This document shows positions 36,869 to 47,921 of a DNA stretch of 64,000 nucleotides, one piece after another. Both the position numbers and the translations under genes were made by a program. This stretch comes from Camelus ferus (lineage: Eukaryota). A model generated the notes under the pieces. It was not told where the DNA came from. It searched no databases and saw only the letters and a program-made list of their open reading frames with translations. The stretch covers positions 47,120,001 through 47,184,000 of the forward strand of contig NC_045703.1 in assembly GCF_009834535.1 (NCBI RefSeq), in the 5' to 3' direction. Every line of letters starts with the position of its first letter. Position 1 is the first letter of the stretch.

Positions 36869-37785
36869 ATGCCTTTAATACAATCATCTTCTGGTTAGGC
36901 TGATCTTAAAGGCTATCCCATTTCCATCCCTGACATGCTGGGATATCTGGGATTCTTAGTTGAGTGTGTCACTACCGCTCTCTTGGATATCAGGAGGATG
37001 TGAACCCATCAGCTCATGCTGCCCTGTGTGGTGTCCACCCCAGACGGGATTCTTGTTCTCATTCCACCTGGTTCATTGGCGATACACGCATTGCGCCATG
37101 ACACTCAGGTTCCAGTGGTTCTGTGACTCTTGCTTTTGAATTTTAGTCCTATTCACAGGTTCATTATGTGCTTCAGCTGTTACAGAAGGTTGATAATGTC
37201 CACCCTGCAGCGTTTATGGGCAGTAAGGAAGATGCAGAACATTATAGATTCTCAGCAAATGTTAATTCTTTTCCTTTCCATCTTTACTCTCTCTTCATCC
37301 TGTCTCAGATAATGCAGCCTTGTCCACTGAATGGAGAGCAATAAGATGTGAAAGAAGCAGAATCATTTCCTGCTTCAGTGGGAGTGACTGACTTGCAGAG
37401 TCCCACCTTGTGAGGCAGCTAAGTGTTCTTACTTCCAGGCAGATATTGCCATACCTAATGGAGTAGGAATGGGTGTGGATTTATTCTAGGAAGGTAAAAG
37501 GAAAATGTGTGTTTTAAAGTAGTGACTGACTTATATTTTGCAGATTATATTTATTGCTGTATCTAAGGCACAGTGTTCCAAACTTCTTAAGGTTTCAAAA
37601 CTGTATGTACTAAGATAAATTTGAATTTATCATTTATTTGTAATTTAATTATCTCATGATGCTTAAGAGTTAAATGCAAAAGAAAGAATAATTACTTTTA
37701 AAGAAGAAATTAAGCATTAAAAAGTAGACTGAAAAATATTTTTACAACAAATATATTTTTTGACTCAGAAAAAAGAGTGGCATCA

Positions 37786-38242
37786 GCCATAAAAAAAATT
37801 CAACATAATGCCATTTGCAGCAACATGGCAGTCCCTGGAGAATGTCATTCTAAGTGAAGTAAGCCAGAAAGAGAAAGAAAAATATCATATGAGATCACTC
37901 ATATGTGGAATCTAAAAAAAAAAAAAGAACATAAATACAAAATATAAACAGATTCATAGACATAGAATACAAACATACAAACTTATGGTTGCCAAGGGGG
38001 ATGGGGGTGGGAAGGGACAGACTGGGATTTCAAAATGTAGAATAGATAAACAAGATTATACTGTGTAGCACAGGGAAATATATACAAGATCTTGTGGTAG
38101 CTCACAGCGAAAAAGAATGTGACAATGAATATATGCATGTTCATGTATAACTGAAAAATTGTGCTCTACACTGAAAATTGATACAACATTGTAAACTAAC
38201 TACAAGTCAATTTTAAAAAATGTTAAAAAAAAAAAAAAAAGG
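37786..38242 (+). mobile_element. Young 5'-truncated L1 with poly(A) tail and 16-bp TSD
   Basis: L1 3' UTR followed by A16. TSD aaaaagagtggcatca at 37770-37785 and 38243-38258. Confidence 0.9.
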
Positions 38243-38504
38243 AAAAAGAGTGGCATCAATAAAAGTTACCTCTATCAAAAAACAAAAGAAATAAATCCAT
38301 TGTAGCAATTGTACCAAACTTCTGTGCCATAATATGACTTTACTTCTTTCTTTATTTACTGATATGTCTATATATATGTATCTGTATTTATAATTACGTT
38401 ATGTACGTATCCGTACTCCAGACACCTCAGATTAATTTACAAACAGGTTTTCCAAATAAGCTATTATTAATTTGAAAAAGTCAGTAAGATTCCACAATAA
38501 GTGT

Positions 38505-38870
38505 TATCATTTGGTATATTACTTATATATGGAATCTAAAAAGAAGACGCAAATGAGCTTGTTTACAAAACAGAAACAGACTCAGAGACATAGAAAACAA
38601 ACTTGTGGTTACCAGAGGGGAAGGGAAGGGTGGAGGGATAAATTGGGAGTTCAGGATTTGCAGACACTAACTACTATTTATAAAATAGATAAACAACAAG
38701 TTCATACTGTATAGCACAGGGAACTATATTCAGTATCTTGTAATGACCTATAATGAGAAAGAATAGGAAAAGGAATATATGTATGCATACCTATGATTGA
38801 AACATTGTGCTGTACACCACAAACTGACACAACATTATAAACTGACTATACTCCAATTTTAAAAAAGGGA
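38505..38870 (+). mobile_element. Artiodactyl-type L1 3' end
   Basis: 'ggaatctaaaaag...cagaaacagactcagagacatagaaaacaaac...tgtatagcacagggaactatattcag'. Confidence 0.85.
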
Positions 38871-39852
38871 AAAACATCAGTGGAAGTAGGGTGACTAAAG
38901 ACCTGCAGGAAAATATTGAGGAAGAAAACAGAAACAAGATGTACAGAGAAGATACACCTTTCCTAGTAATAGCTCTTGAGAAGCATTTGGTTTGGTTTTG
39001 AGCAAGCATGTGGCATAAGTCCTTGTTTCCCCAAAGAAAATCATATACTGCTGTCCCTGGGAAGATCATAGGACTAACTTGTGTGGTGTTAAGAAAGGAG
39101 AAAATATTAAAATAATGAGATGTGGATCATGGTCACTTTACAAAACATGCCACATATTTTCATGTTGCAATTATTAAAGAAAAGGGGAGAAAATATTCTT
39201 TCAAGAATATAATGCCTGTACTCAGTGAGCACGGAAACAGACAGACTGGTTTACCAACATGTTCAACGGCTGGGTTCCAAGGAGATGGAGGGTTTTTAAA
39301 AGGAACATTTTGAAAAAGCGACTTTCCAAACACTTGACCATGGTTATGAAAGTGATACAAAATTAGGATTCAAACAATGTTTCCCAAAGTTCAGTTATAC
39401 AATATTTGAGCTCAAGGATGTCTCAGAGAGCCAACAGTACAAACCTTTAATTTTCTTGATATGGAAACTGTGATAGGAGGAGGGGTCAAAGATTGTCTAA
39501 GTAGCCTAACCTGGCGCTGCCTATTGGCAGGACCAGGACAAGAACTCAGAAATCTGACCTCAGTGCTCTTTTTCCTCCACCTCTGCATCTCAGTTGTCTT
39601 GAGGAAGTAATAAACAAGGAGCCTAATATTTGCATAGATTTTGACTTATCCAATAAATACTTAGATGACTTCACTCTCTCCATTTCCTACGTTCTATAGA
39701 AACATTGAAAGAGTGCTGTATCTCCTTGTTTTTGCCCCTCCACTTAAACCCTGCTGCCCCGGAAGCCTGCCCACAAACTCCTGACACCACACAGCCCACT
39801 GCCACCGCTCCACTCATCCTTCCTCAAAACCGCACCCCTTGCCTGCATTCAG

Positions 39853-40866
39853 TCACTCTTGGTACAAATCGACAGTGGGTGTCCGCAGTGAGAAGATCTC
39901 CCGACTCAGGATAAGCTTCAGTGCCTTTCTGAACCACCGGTAGGAAAAGACGTAGATGATCGGGTTGCAGGCTGAGTTGAAGTAAGCAAGCCAGATGAAG
40001 ACGTTGAAGACCAGCGGTGGCGTGATGAAGTTAAGGAGGCTGTCGACCATCGTGTCGATGGTGAAAGGAAGCCAGCACAAGAGGTACACGCCCACGGCGA
40101 TGCCCAGGGTCTTGGCAGCTTTTCTTTCACGCTTGGCAGCCCCAGCCAGGCTTTTGCTTAAGCTGTTGATCTGCTGAGCCTGCCTGCTAGCAACCACGAA
40201 GATCTTCACATACAAGCTGATCATGATGAGGCAGGGGAAGAAGAACATAGGAAAGTTTAACCAGCCCCAAAACTTATTGAACAGCAGCTGACAACTGCCC
40301 ACACAAGGCATCTCTTCCAGCCATTGGCTGAGCCCTCTCTCCACCACGTCTGCGTAGAGTAAGAAGGCAGTGTATGCTGCTGGCACCCCCCACCCTGCCA
40401 GGATGTACCTGAGGGCCACCCTGACTGTGACCTTGGAGGGATAGAGCAGGGGCTCACAGATGGCACAGTGGCGGTCAATGGAAATGAAACAGAGATGGAA
40501 GATGGAGGTGAGGCAGAAGAGGGTGTCCAGGTAGGTGTGCAGGCGGCAGAAGAAGCCTCCGAAGAACCAGCAGCTCTCTACTGAGCGGACGGTGCTGAGG
40601 GGCAGCACCAGCAGACGCAGAAACATGTCAGCCAGGGCCAGGGAAAGCAGCAGGAAGTTGGTGGGAGTGTGAAGCGCTTTGAAGTAGGACACAGCGAACA
40701 CCACAAACAAATTTCCTAGGACCGTAATCAGCACGCCTGCTGCACAGGCCAGGTAGATGGCCCCCTGGATGCCCAGGGGATGGACCGTCCTGGGACAAGA
40801 CCCATTCACCTGGTAGCAGAACGTAATGGGGTGTTTTTCAGCACCTTGGTTGAGGACGACACTCAT
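39853..40866 (-). CDS. TAAR5: Trace amine-associated receptor 5 (337 aa)
   Basis: Intact ORF with TAAR5-specific FCYQVNGSCPRTVH, YFKALHTPTN, DRHCAIC, WLEEMPCVGSCQ and TVDLYQE. Confidence 0.96.
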   Translation of the reverse strand: MSVVLNQGAEKHPITFCYQVNGSCPRTVHPLGIQGAIYLACAAGVLITVLGNLFVVFAVSYFKALHTPTNFLLLSLALADMFLRLLVLPLSTVRSVESCWFFGGFFCRLHTYLDTLFCLTSIFHLCFISIDRHCAICEPLLYPSKVTVRVALRYILAGWGVPAAYTAFLLYADVVERGLSQWLEEMPCVGSCQLLFNKFWGWLNFPMFFFPCLIMISLYVKIFVVASRQAQQINSLSKSLAGAAKRERKAAKTLGIAVGVYLLCWLPFTIDTMVDSLLNFITPPLVFNVFIWLAYFNSACNPIIYVFSYRWFRKALKLILSREIFSLRTPTVDLYQE

Positions 40867-41239
40867 TTATGGTCTCTCTTACCACCTGTCCCACCCCTCA
40901 AAAAATTATTTGCTAAACAACTAGAAAATGAGATCTAGAGGAAGAACTAAAGGGCATTTTGAATCAAGTGTGCCCTGGAAATCAAATACAGCATGGGATT
41001 TGAGGTCCCACAAGAATTACTTCTGTTAGCCCTGATCTGTCTGACTAAGCACTTTTGAAACTAGTATAGATAATATCCTTAAAGAAAGAGAAGAAAGATA
41101 TAAGCAAATGTTTCTCAAAGAAAAAGCTAGCTATGTCACAGTAGGGAGTATAAAATTATTGAGAGGTGTGTGCCTTTTCCATTTTGATAACATACCTTTT
41201 GTCAAATGTAAAGTACGATTTAAAATTATGAGAAGGAAC

Positions 41240-41560
41240 TGGATGAAAACAGGCAAAAAGTACAAATCTCCAGTTATAAGATAAGTGAGTACTAGGAATG
41301 CAATGTGCAACAAGATAAATGTAACTAACACTGCTATATGTAACACATGAACGTAAGAGAGTAAATTCTAACAGTTCTCATCACAAGGAAAATTTTCTTT
41401 AACTTCTTTAATTTTGTATCTATGTGAGATGATAGATATTTACCAAACTTATTGTGGTCATCATTTCACGATGTACATTAACTCAAATCATTATGCTGAA
41501 CATCTTAAACTTACACAGCATTATTTGTTAATTATATCTCAATAAAACTGAAAGAAAAAA
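41240..41560 (+). mobile_element. L1MA-type 3' end
   Basis: 'ccagttataagataagtgagtactagg...ttctcatcacaagg...cttattgtggtcatcatttcac...atctcaataaaactg'. Confidence 0.8.
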
Positions 41561-43189
41561 GAAGTTATGACTCTGAACCAGGGAAGAATTAATTCTTGTT
41601 AATAAATCATTACTTAGGGAAGAAGTAACTTCTGGATCCCCGCCCCCTTTAAGAACTAAGTAAATTGGCAATAAAATCTGCAGATCAAGCTTTTTAATTC
41701 CATGCCAGCTTTTTCCAAGAAAAGAATCCAGCATACAAATAATGAATAGAATTACCCTATTTCAGTTTTTCATGCTGCAAAATTTCTAAAGGTTACACAT
41801 GGTGTTTACACATCCTGGGAGAACTATCAGGTATGAAAAAGTATTTATCTACCTAGTTTGATCACTAGTCTGAAATTTTAAACAAAGCCTAATAAATTGA
41901 ATTCAGACTTTTTAAGCTACTTACAGAAGTAAGAATCAGAATCACTTCATTGGAAGGAGTCCTTCTTATGGCAGGTGGACATAAGGTGTGTAGAATCCTC
42001 TTCCAACAGCAAAGTTGACAGATGTGCAATCAGTTAATGATTTTATTCTCCAAATAGAAACTACTCCTCCATTTGGCATGTAAAACAAATTAGCACTTAA
42101 GTGTACCCAGGGACCTAGTTTGCACTATTCACAAGTCTCAGTAGTTTAAAATTCCTTCTCAATACAGAATAATTTATCCTGCCAATTCATTACAGATGGA
42201 ATTTAAAGACAACAGATTTTGCAAACTTATTTTTAGTAAGTTCCATATATCCGTTTTGCACTAGAATTGTTGGTGTATATTTCTCGCAGCATGAGAAATA
42301 ATTCAAATAATTGATCATAACCCTTTGGTTTGTGACTCTCACACTGAGTTCATCATGATGTCTTTTTTAAGCTCTCTGTTTTGTGCCAGTTAAAGAAATC
42401 ATGGTAGATGAAGCAGTTCACCTGGATGCAGAAAAGTTAGATTTTTGTTCTGCCGCTTCCTGGCTCAACGTTTAACCACTTCCTCCCCTCTGCTCCCCCT
42501 CTGGTAAGAATACCTGCAATTTATCCTCACCGTCTGTGCCTCACAGAGATAATACTGAGGAAAACAGCGTGTTCAGTCATATTCTGCTCTCTCTGTTTCT
42601 TGATACCAAGCCTCCAGAGGATAAGATGTCTCTTTATGGCCTTGGAAAAATCATTCCACAATATAAGTAAAACTAATGTTGCAAAAATGACAGAATTCTG
42701 AAGGTAAAAACAGATGACATCAGCCAGCAGGGTCTGTAGAAGGTGGGCAGATCACAAACAAGGAAGGAGTTTGGCAGGCATGTACCGCCCCCCTTCTCTG
42801 CAAAGCCGGGGCTGAACCCAGTGGTAACTGCTGGAACTTGCTTTGTATCAAGTCTACATGTGTACAGATAGATTTCTCACTCCAGAATTTAATAAGACAA
42901 GGAAGAATCCTGCATTACCATGTACCATGACACCCTTTAGCCTACAAGCCATAATCCAGGTGCAATCAGCTAGGGAGTCTATGCGTCAGAATCTAATTTG
43001 CCCAAGAATCTGTGAAAAATAAGGACAAATGTCTTACAACTAAAATAAGACCTGAAGAAGGAAACCCTCAAAAAAAGGTTTGGGTTCTGGGACATATAAT
43101 ATCAAAACTGAAAAGCAATATACAATCCAAATATATGTAGAAGTGGAGAATTTTATAACAACTGTTTCTAGTTATGTGACTCCTATGTC

Positions 43190-43335
43190 TGAGTTTAACC
43201 CAGCCCTTCTGTGCCCAATTTTCTCATCTATTAATTAAATGTAATGCAATACCTACATTACGATTTTGTTGTGAAGATTAGTGAGCTAAAGTTCGTAAGG
43301 TGCTAAGAGCAGTTCCTGACACATAGTAAACTGTG
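43190..43335 (+). mobile_element. MIR SINE fragment
   Basis: 'ctgtgcccaattttctcatctatt...gttgtgaagattagtgag...gttcctgacacatagtaaa'. Confidence 0.65.
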
Positions 43336-45132
43336 TCGGGCAGACCAGAGTGTGAATGGATATCTAGTCCAGACCCTCTGTTAACCTTCCAAAGTTCGGC
43401 CTTTTATCTCCTCTTCTATTGACTTTCAGATATACATTCCAGTTACATAACCAGAAGGAGCAACAGTAACTGGATTTCGGATCTTTTAAATTTTCCTCCT
43501 TACATCCTGAGTCATCAATGCAGCATTTATGTGGCTTTCCTCAAAGTGGTTGTGTTTTACTAATGCAAAATAAGAGTAAGGGACATATTTATAAGGTAGT
43601 CAAAAGTATTGTTCAGGATTAAGGGCAGAGGAAATCCCCTACAGGATTAAATTACTGTCATCAGAAGAGAATAAATCAGTACTATGATAAGATCTTAAAA
43701 CCCAGTTTTGATTTCAAATACTGTCCTGTGATAACAGTAATTTACTGAAACATCTCAGAAACTAAATATGCCATATTCAAATTATCCAATTCCAAATACT
43801 GACCTTGGGAAGTTTTAAAGGTTCAACAGAAAACATAGATCAAGAGGGTGTTGGGGATTAATTCCTAACTGAATAATGATGTTATTAGAGGTGTTTTAAA
43901 GTAATGATAGTTTCCCAGTAGATAGATGGAGCAAGGGTGGATTCAAAAAAAGCAAAAAAGTTTCATAAAAGCATGTAGGATTTATGTATATGAACATTAG
44001 AAACCTCAGGATTAGCTGTCCTACGCAGAGGTGTAGTGTTATTTGGCCAGCACAGGGAATGGAGAGGGTTTGGTTAACCAAATATTCTGATATTACTATA
44101 AGAATTACTACAGTAGAATACACTTAACACTAAAACCCATGCTAATGGGAACAAGCTTCTCTCTGCAGCATATCAGTGCCTTGCGGTTATTGTTATGAAA
44201 AACAACCTTACTTTCTGCGAAAAATAGGCTAAAGTTGATAAATAAATTGCTCTAGCCACGTGTAAATAGATTTCAGGTTTGTGAAGATGTTCTATTTGGG
44301 CTGGAAGAGTCCTTCTATTAATGATTTACATTTAAAAAGTCCCAATCTGTCAGTATATGTATTAGTGAACAGTATGTCTACCCCACCAAACCTTTCCATA
44401 AAGCACATGCACTATTGAAGCATTAGGAAAGGCGAGACCTAATTTCTATCCTCAGAAATTTCACTATATGAGCATGAAAGCTGCAGTCTGAATGTTGCAA
44501 TGTTTCTGAGTTGATGAGTCACTTTCCACTATGTGCCTCTGCTGACCCTGTCCCCAGGTTTCCCAGCACAACATCGTGCACATACAACCAAAGCCCATTA
44601 GAACAAGAATTAAATTCAGTTCAATTTTTTCTTTATAAGTAAGCTTTTTTCTTCATCTTCCCTCCTAAGAGAAGGAGCCCTGCTCTGTTCAGTATCCTTT
44701 GTTTTATCATTGTTTATTTCTGTGAATTTGAGTAACTCTCTCCCATTGTCCTCAAAGTTTCTATGTTTTAGTTATCCAGTAAATGTGTCCAGAGATTTTT
44801 ACAGGAAAGGAACCATGAATAGTATAAAGACATAGTCTTGCACACAAGAAGTTTATACTCTAGACAAGGAACCAGCACATTTGAGCACACTCGACCCCTG
44901 TACAAAGCAGGAGGCAGAAGAGATAGGTTTGGGGCGATGGGGTGGGCATAGAAGGAAGGTGCTGCATGTGTTGAGTGTGAGATCTTGTTGGGGCATCCAA
45001 AAAGACACTCTAATGATAATAAGAAATGCGTAACTCAAATTTGTGAAAAATGATAGGGCTGAAAATTAATATATTTGAGAGAAATCTAAATAGAAGACGC
45101 AATTAGAGCTGTGAGGCTAGGTAAGATTAGAG

Positions 45133-45346
45133 CAGGGTTTCTCAACCATGGCACTCTTGAAGTTTGGGGCCAGATAACTCTTTGTTGTGGGGCTGTTCTG
45201 TGTATTGTAGGATGTGTGGCAGCACCCCTTCCCTCTACCCTCTAAATGTCAGTAGTACTCCCTCCCTGGTTGTGACAACCAAAAATATCTCCAGACATTG
45301 CCAAATGCACTCAAGGTGCAAAACCGTCCCTGGTTGAGGGCAACTG
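45133..45346 (+). mobile_element. MER20 (hAT-Charlie)
   Basis: cagggtttctcaaccatggcact...ggggccagataactctttgttgtgggg...tgtgacaaccaaaaatatctccagacattgccaaatg...tggttgagggcaactg. Confidence 0.88.
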
Positions 45347-46279
45347 GGTTATAGAGACAGAGTAATGTTGTGAAGGATGAAAAGAAGACTGTAAAGGACA
45401 AAATTTGGTGAAATAGGTTTGTGGGGTAGTAGAAGGAAGAGAAAGGCAAACGGAAACAGAGAAGAGACAATCACTGAGACAATAAACATTATCCAAAGCA
45501 TAGGGGAAGGGAAAGGACTTCAGTTTGTGAATGAAGCTTAATCTTGGTGAATAATTAGTATGTGCACACACAAAGCCAAGAGATGGACATAGCACCTGTA
45601 TGTGTACATGCAAGCCACATGTATACATAGATCACAAGTATATATTGAGAGAAAAAAGAATACATTCCTAAACTTTATCTTTATCCACTTTTCCCATTTA
45701 ATGACAGTCCAATTTTATCAAACTATTGCAAAGCTCACATTAGTTCTTTTTGTAAAGAGGTTTAAATCAGAATTGATAAACTTGGAAGTAACTACAAATG
45801 CCTGCTTCCTTCTCCCTTTCCAAGTCATTCACATGCTCCATATTGAGGATCCCAGTGTTCTCAAGCTCTCCCCGCTCCCCAGTAATCTCAGGAAATAGTT
45901 AGACAAACTCTGTGTGCTCTCATGAGTGTGAAGACCAACTGTGTCTCCTCTTCTGTTGTTTACAAGAAGAAGAGAAGGTCCCCATCTGACTTATGCCAAC
46001 GGAAAGAAATTCTAAATCTCTAAATTTTAAAATTCAGGAATTAGTAAGACTTGGGAGAGAGTTTCTTTTTACTGGAGGTGCCTTCCCCAAAAGTCCAGCA
46101 ACTGATCACTTTGGTAATTCGGGCATGCCCAGAAGTCTAGAGCTATTGATTCTATTTAGGTGTCTATTACACCAACTGAAACAATATCTGTATCTAGTCA
46201 ACCCATGGCCTTACATTTCTGAGGAAGAAGCACCCAAGTTTCCCTAGCAGGAAGGGATTTTAGAAAATGGAGAGTGTTG

Positions 46280-47323
46280 CTAAGCACATGCAGGAAATAG
46301 GCTTAGAGTGGAAGAGTCAGGGCAGAAGATCATTCCTGAGACAATCATCCTCAATGCCTTGCGAAACCAAGGGTAAAACATACCATATATAATGGGATTG
46401 AAAGTGGAATTGAAATAACCCAACCAGAGAAAGACATTGTACAAATCTTCGGGAGTTGTAAAATTAATGAAAGGGTCTGTGATTGTCAAGACAAAAAAGG
46501 GCAGCCAGCACAACACAAATACTCCCATGACTATGCTTAAAGTCTTGGTGGCCTTGCTTTCTTTTTTGGATGATATCTTCATTTTGTTTTCTGACACAAT
46601 CTGTTCCACCATAGACCCCATGCCAATTTGCTTAGTGTGCTTCCTCGCTACTGTGTAAATATGTATGTAAATCCCTACCATTACCATCCCAGGGAGAAAA
46701 AAGGCTATAAAGGAGGCCAGAACCCCCCAGAGCTTGTCAAATATCAACACACACAAGCCTGTGCAATCAGTGGCTGCAACAAAGTCTTCTGCACCAATTA
46801 TGTTTAATTCTGAGAATACCAGGCCAAAGGCAAAAATGATTGGAATAGACCAACTGATGAACAGAAAGACCCTTATGACAGGCATGGTAATTTTGGTGAT
46901 ATAATGTAAAGGGTCACAAACAGCATAGTAGCGGTCCACCGAGATGAAGCAGAGGTGGAAGATGGAAGTGGTACAGAGCATGATGTCACAGCAGCTGTGG
47001 ACTTTGCAAAAGAGATCTCCAAAGTACCAGCAGGACTCAATGGACCTGATCATACTGAAGGGCATGACCACACAGCTCAGCAGGAAGTCAGTGGTGGCCA
47101 TAGAGAGGATCAGGAAGTTGGTCGGAGAGTGGAGCTGCTTGAAGTGGGCAACGGAAATGATCACAACCAGGTTGCCCAGCATGGTCATCACTATGGCACC
47201 AGTCATGACAACATACATGGCACAGACACTCAGCCCAGACCTCACGTTTCTAGGGCATGAATTGTTAACCAGAGCAAAGCAAAATTGTACTTCTGGGGGG
47301 TTCCAAAGGTCCAGTGAATTCAT
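46280..47323 (-). CDS. TAAR4: Trace amine-associated receptor 4 (347 aa)
   Basis: Intact ORF with TAAR4-type PEVQFCF..NNSCPRNVR, VHSCCDIMLCTTS, KESKATKTL and TTPEDLYNVFLW. Confidence 0.94.
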   Translation of the reverse strand: MNSLDLWNPPEVQFCFALVNNSCPRNVRSGLSVCAMYVVMTGAIVMTMLGNLVVIISVAHFKQLHSPTNFLILSMATTDFLLSCVVMPFSMIRSIESCWYFGDLFCKVHSCCDIMLCTTSIFHLCFISVDRYYAVCDPLHYITKITMPVIRVFLFISWSIPIIFAFGLVFSELNIIGAEDFVAATDCTGLCVLIFDKLWGVLASFIAFFLPGMVMVGIYIHIYTVARKHTKQIGMGSMVEQIVSENKMKISSKKESKATKTLSIVMGVFVLCWLPFFVLTITDPFINFTTPEDLYNVFLWLGYFNSTFNPIIYGMFYPWFRKALRMIVSGMIFCPDSSTLSLFPACA

Positions 47324-47489
47324 TGTTTGTGTCTTGTGGGTACTGTGATTCTTTTACAAAAGTACTATGTTCCTTCCCTTCCCTGTGAAAGAAAGAGGAA
47401 GAAACAATAAAAATCATGGGCTGTGCAACTTTTCAGAGTGCCCAGCTAACTGCATTTTCAATCCCAGGTTGAGTTCCCTACTGACCCTG

Positions 47490-47605
47490 AGCACTGCTGA
47501 TCTTTTCAAAATACAGATTCTAATTCTGGGGTGGGGGGCTGAGAGTCTGCAATTCTCATGGGCTCTTGGGAGATGCCAATTCTGTTAGTCTAAAAACCAT
47601 CTTTG
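47490..47605. mobile_element. MER5A-type fragment
   Basis: 'aaatacagattc...ggggtggggggctgagagtctgcaattctc...gagatgcc...aaccatctttg'. Confidence 0.5.
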
Positions 47606-47784
47606 CTAGGAAGGGACTAAAGACAATTGAGTGCATGTTGTCACCCAGCATCTAAGTAACCCAGTTAAAACCATCTAAGTAATCCAAGTAAGTGCATGTT
47701 CTGATTGTACTAATATGTAACACTTACTTAGGATTCTGAATCAAGAATTTTCCATGTTCCACTTTCATTCATCAATTTGCTGGA

Positions 47785-47921
47785 NNNNNNNNNNNNNNNN
47801 NNNNNNNNNNNNNNNNNNNNNNNNNNNNNNNNNNNNNNNNNNNNNNNNNNNNNNNNNNNNNNNNNNNNNNNNNNNNNNNNNNNNNNNNNNNNNNNNNNNN
47901 NNNNNNNNNNNNNNNNNNNNN
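47785..47921. other. Assembly gap (137 N)
   Basis: Run of N characters. Confidence 1.

Noticed and set aside
46280-47323. Intact TAAR4 and TAAR3 as novel
   Set aside because: They are pseudogenes in human but commonly intact in non-primate mammals.
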